Notes under the pieces: generated by a model
The model's database searches: none
What the model saw: only the letters and a program-made list of their open reading frames with translations
Told to the model about the DNA's origin: nothing
From: a bacterium
Lineage (GTDB): Bacteria > Patescibacteriota > Minisyncoccia > UBA6257 > GWB1-50-10
Length of the DNA stretch: 64,000 nucleotides
Assembly (NCBI GenBank): GCA_021801565.1
Contig: JAJYXV010000003.1
Coordinates: 132,894 to 196,893 of the forward strand
Reading direction: 5' to 3'
Made by a program: the position numbers and the translations under genes
Shown: positions 58,860 to 64,000 of the stretch, piece by piece
How positions within the stretch are numbered: the stretch's first letter is position 1
How the letters are laid out: the number at the start of each line of letters is the position of its first letter

Positions 58860-60134
58860 TTATCTCCTTTTTCTAAATAAGCTTGAATTGGAATATGGTC
58901 TTTTTCCGTGAAATTTCTTTTTACGATCGCGGGGATGGAACTTTCTTTTCTGCTTTCGCGGATCAAATTTTTCTTCTAGTTTATCAACTTTAAATTTTGA
59001 AGGCATCGGTGGGGGAAGAGTTGGGGTTTTTGATATGGGAAGTGTTCCTCTGATTAATCGTTCGATCGAGTGGACATCTCCTTTTTGATTCGGTTCAGCA
59101 AACGAAATTGCATGACCAGTGATTCCTGCCCGCGCGGTGCGACCGATGCGGTGCACATAATCTTCCGCATTTTCTGGAAGGTCATAATTCAGTACCAATT
59201 CAATATTTGTGACATCAATACCGCGTGCGGCAATATCGGTTGCAATAAGCACTCGATATCTTCCGGTTTTAAATCCCTCTAGTGCATCTTTTCTCTGGTT
59301 GAGCGATCGGTTTCCGTGCATTTCAATTGATTTATGCCCAAGTGCACGCACGAGCGCGGTTATTTTTTTTGCACTATATTTTGTCCGACAAAACACCAAC
59401 ACCGAACCGCGATAATCCTGAAGCACTTTTTCTAAAAGCCGCGGTTTTTCTTCTCGCTTCACAAAAAATAATTCTTGCGTCACATCTTTTACAGTGGTTC
59501 CTGAACGTGCAATTTCGACTCGTACTGGGAGTCTCATATATGTTTTTGCGATATTAATAATTTGTTCGGGCATGGTTGCCGAAAAAAGCATTGTTTGTCG
59601 GTTGCGGGGAAGTATAAAAAGAATACGTTGCAGTTGTGGGGCAAATCCCATGTCGAGTATCCGATCGGCTTCATCCAATACCAAAACACCCACTTTTTGT
59701 AATGTAAGCGTTTTTTGCTCTAAATGGTCAAGAATTCTTCCTGGAGTTCCGATAATAATTTGCGGATTACGGTGAAGATCCCGGATTTGTTTTGAGATAG
59801 ATTCTCCGCCGATGATTACCGCTGTTCGTAAACTAAGCGGTGTGCCAATTTTTCGAAGTGTTTCGTCAATTTGCAGTGCGAGTTCGCGTGTTGGCACTAT
59901 CACCAGACCATTTCCCATTCCCTGAAGTACGCGTTGAATGAGCGGTATTCCGAACGCAAGTGTTTTTCCCGTTCCTGTTTGTGCAACGCCCATTAAATCT
60001 TTTCCCTCAATTAAGATAGGGATTGAACGTTCCTGTATGGGAGTTGGAATTTTAAAATTAAGTTTATTAGTAATGACTTCGAGAATTCCCGGAGCAATGC
60101 CTAATCCATAAAAATCTTTTTTGCTTTCTGTCAT
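58860..60134 (-). CDS. DEAD-box RNA helicase
   Basis: AQTGTGKT, PTRELA, DEAD, SAT, HRIGRTAR. Confidence 0.96.
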   Translation of the reverse strand: MTESKKDFYGLGIAPGILEVITNKLNFKIPTPIQERSIPILIEGKDLMGVAQTGTGKTLAFGIPLIQRVLQGMGNGLVIVPTRELALQIDETLRKIGTPLSLRTAVIIGGESISKQIRDLHRNPQIIIGTPGRILDHLEQKTLTLQKVGVLVLDEADRILDMGFAPQLQRILFILPRNRQTMLFSATMPEQIINIAKTYMRLPVRVEIARSGTTVKDVTQELFFVKREEKPRLLEKVLQDYRGSVLVFCRTKYSAKKITALVRALGHKSIEMHGNRSLNQRKDALEGFKTGRYRVLIATDIAARGIDVTNIELVLNYDLPENAEDYVHRIGRTARAGITGHAISFAEPNQKGDVHSIERLIRGTLPISKTPTLPPPMPSKFKVDKLEEKFDPRKQKRKFHPRDRKKKFHGKRPYSNSSLFRKRR

Positions 60135-60214
60135 CTGTCCTTAATTATACTATTTGATTTTGTTTGTGTCAATTTTTTCTGCGTTTTTTTGAAAATATGT
60201 GATATTCTGAATAT

Positions 60215-61009
60215 ATGAAATGGCCAAATACATTAACGTTCATACGACATGGAGAGTCAAAATATAATGAGTTGAAAGTAAAAAAAAGCGTACATAAAGA
60301 TTACGACCGTTTTTGTAAATTATTTGATCGTGATTTTAAAACAGCAAAAAATGAGCGATGGGTGAGTGACGAGTTGCGAGAACTTGCAGAGAAAGTGTGG
60401 CATGCGACAAATCTTTCGATGAGTGATTATGATACTCCGCTTACAAAAACTGGTATCATACAAGCAAAGCAAGTGGGAAAGAAATTGGAAAAGACGGTTG
60501 AATTTCCCGATGTCATATATGTTTCTCCGTATGCGCGGACACGACACACGTTCGATGCGATGCGGAGCGAGTGGAAGGAATTAAAGAAAGTAAAGACGGT
60601 ATACGAAGAACGTATTCGCGAACAAGAACATGGGCTTGCAACTGTTTTTAATGACTGGCGTGTCTATAATGTGATGAATCCGCTTCAGGGATTGCTTTAT
60701 AAATTAGAGGGTGGGTATGAATATCGTTTTTTAAATGGAGAGAGCAAAACTGATGTTCGTGACCGTGTGCGCGATTTTTTGGGGACGCTAGTGAGAGAAC
60801 ATGCAAAGGAAAATGTCCTTGTAATTTCGCATCATCTTACCATTCTTTCTTTCCGTGCAAATCTAGAGCACTGGGATAGAGAACAATTTACTTATATCGA
60901 TAGAAATGAAAAACCGATAAATTGCGGAGTAACGGTGTACAAGGGACATCCTGAATTGGGAAAAGACGGAAAATTGGTGTTAGATATATACAATAAAAAA
61001 TTGTATTAA
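60215..61009 (+). CDS. Histidine phosphatase (PGM family)
   Basis: RHGES, SP..R, GES, VISH. Confidence 0.9.
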   Translation: MKWPNTLTFIRHGESKYNELKVKKSVHKDYDRFCKLFDRDFKTAKNERWVSDELRELAEKVWHATNLSMSDYDTPLTKTGIIQAKQVGKKLEKTVEFPDVIYVSPYARTRHTFDAMRSEWKELKKVKTVYEERIREQEHGLATVFNDWRVYNVMNPLQGLLYKLEGGYEYRFLNGESKTDVRDRVRDFLGTLVREHAKENVLVISHHLTILSFRANLEHWDREQFTYIDRNEKPINCGVTVYKGHPELGKDGKLVLDIYNKKLY

Positions 61010-61148
61010 AAGAAATTGCGCGCGCGACAGAGTTTTACAAAAATCGGCATTTTGAAATATTTATTTTAAAGAATTAAATTTTTTTCTCGATTTGCTATAC
61101 TAAAGAAAGTAGATAGTATTTGAGAATCAAACAAAAGGAAGGTGCGAG

Positions 61149-61814
61149 ATGAAAAAGATTTTCTGTTTCAGTTTCGTTTTGTTTCTTTTTTCTTCTCTTT
61201 TTATTTTGAATGGATGTTATACAACTTTTAGAGTTCAAGAAAGAGAAAGCACATATGAATCGGTTGTTTCTGATTCAAACAAAATAATAATTCAAAACAA
61301 TTATTTTTACGACAATCTCTGGATGCGATCTGGTCTCTATCTCGGGTACAGATACCCATATTGGTACAGTGATGCTTACTGGTATAACCCGTGGCATAAC
61401 CTTTGGTACGGATTCTATTGGAATGGATATAAATTTGGATATTGGGACTATTGGTATAATCGTCCTTATGTAAATTGGAGTGACCGGTGGAACATATATA
61501 GACCTCCACATGTCAATAATGAAGATATCCGTTTCAGAATCCGGGGAAATGATGGAGAACGCAGAGTGAGACCGCCCAACACCCAAAGACCGGAGGATCG
61601 AAATTCACATCGAGATAAAACAAGAAGAGTGCGTGACGAACGTCCACTGGAAAGACAATCACCGCCAGTAACAGAACCTCGGAGAGGTACAAATGTTGAA
61701 CGAAGGCGGGAGCAACCTGTTATTTCTCCACGAAATACCGACACGAGCCGCGGAAAATCTTCCCAAGAAAAGACGGAAAAACGCGAGCAAACCAGTGATC
61801 GAAAGCGTAAATAA
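61149..61814 (+). CDS. Putative lipoprotein, Tyr/Trp-rich then Arg-rich disordered tail
   Basis: Signal peptide with LNGC lipobox. Confidence 0.75.
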   Translation: MKKIFCFSFVLFLFSSLFILNGCYTTFRVQERESTYESVVSDSNKIIIQNNYFYDNLWMRSGLYLGYRYPYWYSDAYWYNPWHNLWYGFYWNGYKFGYWDYWYNRPYVNWSDRWNIYRPPHVNNEDIRFRIRGNDGERRVRPPNTQRPEDRNSHRDKTRRVRDERPLERQSPPVTEPRRGTNVERRREQPVISPRNTDTSRGKSSQEKTEKREQTSDRKRK

Positions 61815-61873
61815 TTGTTACATAAAAAATCCCTGAAAAATTTCAGGGATTTTTTGAAAAATAACGAATGGAG

Positions 61874-62215
61874 CTATTGCTGTGTGCTCGAGGTATTTTG
61901 TTGATATTGATTCCACCCGCGCATCATTCTTCCCGGAATAAAATTATCTCCGTAATCGCCGGTGTTATATCCATAAAACATCATCGGATATCCGCCGCGG
62001 TGCATATTCCATCCGAAACCGCCGCCATATCCATAGACAGCACTTTTGAATTCACCGACTTTTACTCCCAGTGAGAACACGGCAATAAGGATAAGAATGC
62101 CAAGTATCCAGCGGAGAAGAATGTGTTTTCCTCCGTGGCAACACATTTTTTTACACCACCCGTTTTCACACATATGTTCGCATACCCCAGTATGCTCTTT
62201 TTTGTTTTCTTCCAT
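61874..62215 (-). CDS. Membrane-anchored hypothetical protein
   Basis: One TM, Gly/Met-rich tail. Confidence 0.7.
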   Translation of the reverse strand: MEENKKEHTGVCEHMCENGWCKKMCCHGGKHILLRWILGILILIAVFSLGVKVGEFKSAVYGYGGGFGWNMHRGGYPMMFYGYNTGDYGDNFIPGRMMRGWNQYQQNTSSTQQ

Positions 62216-62302
62216 AATTAATTGTTATTTTGACCTTTCCATCTATTATATACTACATTAGATGATTATGTTTTATTTCATCTGTTTATAGGGGATGCGG
62301 GG

Positions 62303-62689
62303 ATGACGGTGTTAAATAATGAGAAAAAAGAAATCAATGGAATGCAAATTGTTGGTGTTGATTACAGGGATTCATTGAATCGCACCAAACTCGAAGAAAT
62401 GTTAAAAAATCTCATTGATAAAAATAAACCAAGCGTACTCTTGAAACACGCGCCGTTTGATTTGGATATTACAGAAAAAGCGGGAGTAAATATGGAACTT
62501 TCAGGACACACCCATCGCACGCAAATGTGGCCGCTCAATTTCATTACACAGCTTGTATATAAAGGATATGATTGCGGATTAAAATCTTTTGGGAATATGA
62601 GTGTATATACTTCGGATGGGGTAGGGACGTGGGGGCCGCCGGTTCGTGTAGGAACAAATGCAGAAATTGTTTCTATAGAATTTGAGTAA
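62303..62689 (+). pseudogene. C-terminal fragment of a metallophosphoesterase
   Basis: LLKHAP, LSGHTH, GTWGPPVR..T..EI present; N-terminal DxH/GD/GNH motifs absent. Confidence 0.7.
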
Positions 62690-62724
62690 GGGAAAATGCC
62701 CCATAATTGTGGGGCATTTTTAAA

Positions 62725-63009
62725 CTATTTTGTAATTTTCATCACCGTATCGAATTCATCTTCATGTATTTGGATGAGTTCGTTTTTAGTAAATGCGTCT
62801 ATCATTGCAGCTGCAAACTTGTGAGAGACTTTTAATCTCTTCATTTCTTTAAATTCTCCTACTTCTCGTAAGTTAAATGGCCGTATATATAATCTTCCTT
62901 TATGTTTTTCGACCATTATTTGTGAAGAAGTTAAAACGATGAATCGGGTGAACTCGTTTTTTTCATTTTTTACTTCAATCACACATGCCTCGTTAGATCC
63001 TTCATTCAT
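62725..63009 (-). CDS. Hypothetical protein
   Basis: 94-aa ORF between promoter-like sequence and terminator. Confidence 0.5.
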   Translation of the reverse strand: MNEGSNEACVIEVKNEKNEFTRFIVLTSSQIMVEKHKGRLYIRPFNLREVGEFKEMKRLKVSHKFAAAMIDAFTKNELIQIHEDEFDTVMKITK

Positions 63010-63071
63010 TTTTGTGTTCCTGTTTTGTTATTTACTATCTTCAAGTATAACATATTTTATTGATTTGTCAA

Positions 63072-63200
63072 CCGAGTAGTGAAAATTCAATAAACATAAA
63101 TGTAAGGTCTATAATATAAAATGTTTTTTCTTATATTATGGGAAGTAATGGATTAGATGTTTTTATTTGTCGAAGACGAAATTGAATTTCTACTACTCGG
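63072..63200. mobile_element. MITE, same family as 19522-19676, 4-bp TSD TCAA
   Basis: CCGAGTAGTGAAAATTCAAT ... ATTGAATTTCTACTACTCGG flanked by TCAA on both sides. Confidence 0.82.
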
Positions 63201-63227
63201 TCAATTTTTTTATGCTATAATGATTGT

Positions 63228-63623
63228 ATGAAAGGATATATAAATAATATAGAAAAGGAGACAAAGGAAAATACAAATTTCCGAAAGGTATTATACACTG
63301 CGAAAAACACGCAGTTGGTCGTTATGCATTTGAATCCAGGGGAAGAAATTGGCGAAGAGGTGCATACACTTGACCAGTTTCTTCGCGTTGAGGAGGGAAG
63401 TGGTGTCGCAGTTCTTGATGGTATCGAGACAAAAATCGAAAGCGAATATGCAATCATTGTTCCCGCCGGAACGAAGCATAATGTGATAAATAAGGGAAAT
63501 GGACCGATGAAACTTTATACCCTATATTCGCCTCCCGAACATAAAGACGGAACGATTCATGTAACAAAGGTAGATGCAATAGCTGATGTAGCAGATCATT
63601 TTGACGGAGTGACGACAGAATAA
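63228..63623 (+). CDS. Cupin-domain protein
   Basis: NFRKVLYT, IGEEVH..DQF, VPAGTKHN, LYSPPEH. Confidence 0.9.
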   Translation: MKGYINNIEKETKENTNFRKVLYTAKNTQLVVMHLNPGEEIGEEVHTLDQFLRVEEGSGVAVLDGIETKIESEYAIIVPAGTKHNVINKGNGPMKLYTLYSPPEHKDGTIHVTKVDAIADVADHFDGVTTE

Positions 63624-63685
63624 GAGTAACCAGTAATTCGTAACTAGTAACAAAAAAATCCCCGTGAAGTTACGGGGATTTTTTT

Positions 63686-64000
63686 TTATATCCTTACTTG
63701 TGAATAGCTGTGCTTTTTCGTCACACTAAAAAACACAGTTAACGTAGAGATAGTAATTATAATGCCAATATATACAATGAGTGACAAATACTTTTCTTCT
63801 GGTTGAATCGGACGATCTCCGAAAAGATAGAAAAAAGCGGTTTCTTGTAGAAGTATGGACAAGTACATAAAAAAACCGGTAATCAATGAGCAAAGTAACC
63901 CAGCAATTACATCTATTTTTTTATGTTTCCCTATCCATTTTTTTCCAAAATTGGTGGATAAGTAGATAATTCCAAGAGAAAATCCAACATACCAGAGAAC
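63686..64000 (-). CDS. Membrane protein, 5'-truncated by window
   Basis: Frame open to window end; hydrophobic segments. Confidence 0.6.
   Translation of the reverse strand, partial: VLWYVGFSLGIIYLSTNFGKKWIGKHKKIDVIAGLLCSLITGFFMYLSILLQETAFFYLFGDRPIQPEEKYLSLIVYIGIIITISTLTVFFSVTKKHSYSQVRI

Noticed and set aside
63181-63200. AATTTCTACT resembling a Cas12a CRISPR repeat (also near 19660)
   Set aside because: Single inverted ends with TSDs; no repeat-spacer array or cas genes, so better explained as MITE TIRs

Overview
AT-rich chromosomal window that looks like a Patescibacteria/CPR (Parcubacteria-like) genome. This is an inference from the compact RpoB/RpoC, the many leaderless starts and the gene content. 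Housekeeping blocks are rodA-mltG-rpoB-rpoC-rpsF-ssb-rpsR, a shortened prfB-ftsE-ftsX, rpsL-rpsG-fusA, dus, recQ, a UvrD-nuclease, obg and a flavinylation locus. Four tRNAs (Thr-CGT, Pro-GGG, Gly-CCC, Gln-CTG) and an IS200-family element with a non-autonomous derivative are interspersed. Most notable: (1) Every tRNA is preceded by a displaced relic of a tRNA 5' end split by a small GC-rich hairpin, usually with a 4-nt YARR foot and no target duplication. In two cases a small GIY-YIG nuclease gene lies between relic and tRNA. The same micro-element sits in-frame in dus and inside a MITE. (2) An island at the 3' end of tRNA-Gln carries a large serine recombinase and a terminase-like gene pair. 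It also has a coupled five-gene operon of four paralogous GFF-motif winged-helix-like proteins with HEPN-like (TIGR02391) and PLD-like nuclease domains, a candidate defence system. (3) A compact pseudoknotted RNA candidate and an attenuator-like leader lie in that island. (4) A MITE family with 4-bp TSDs has one copy inserted at the rpsL start codon. All calls are by eye, and no database searches were run.
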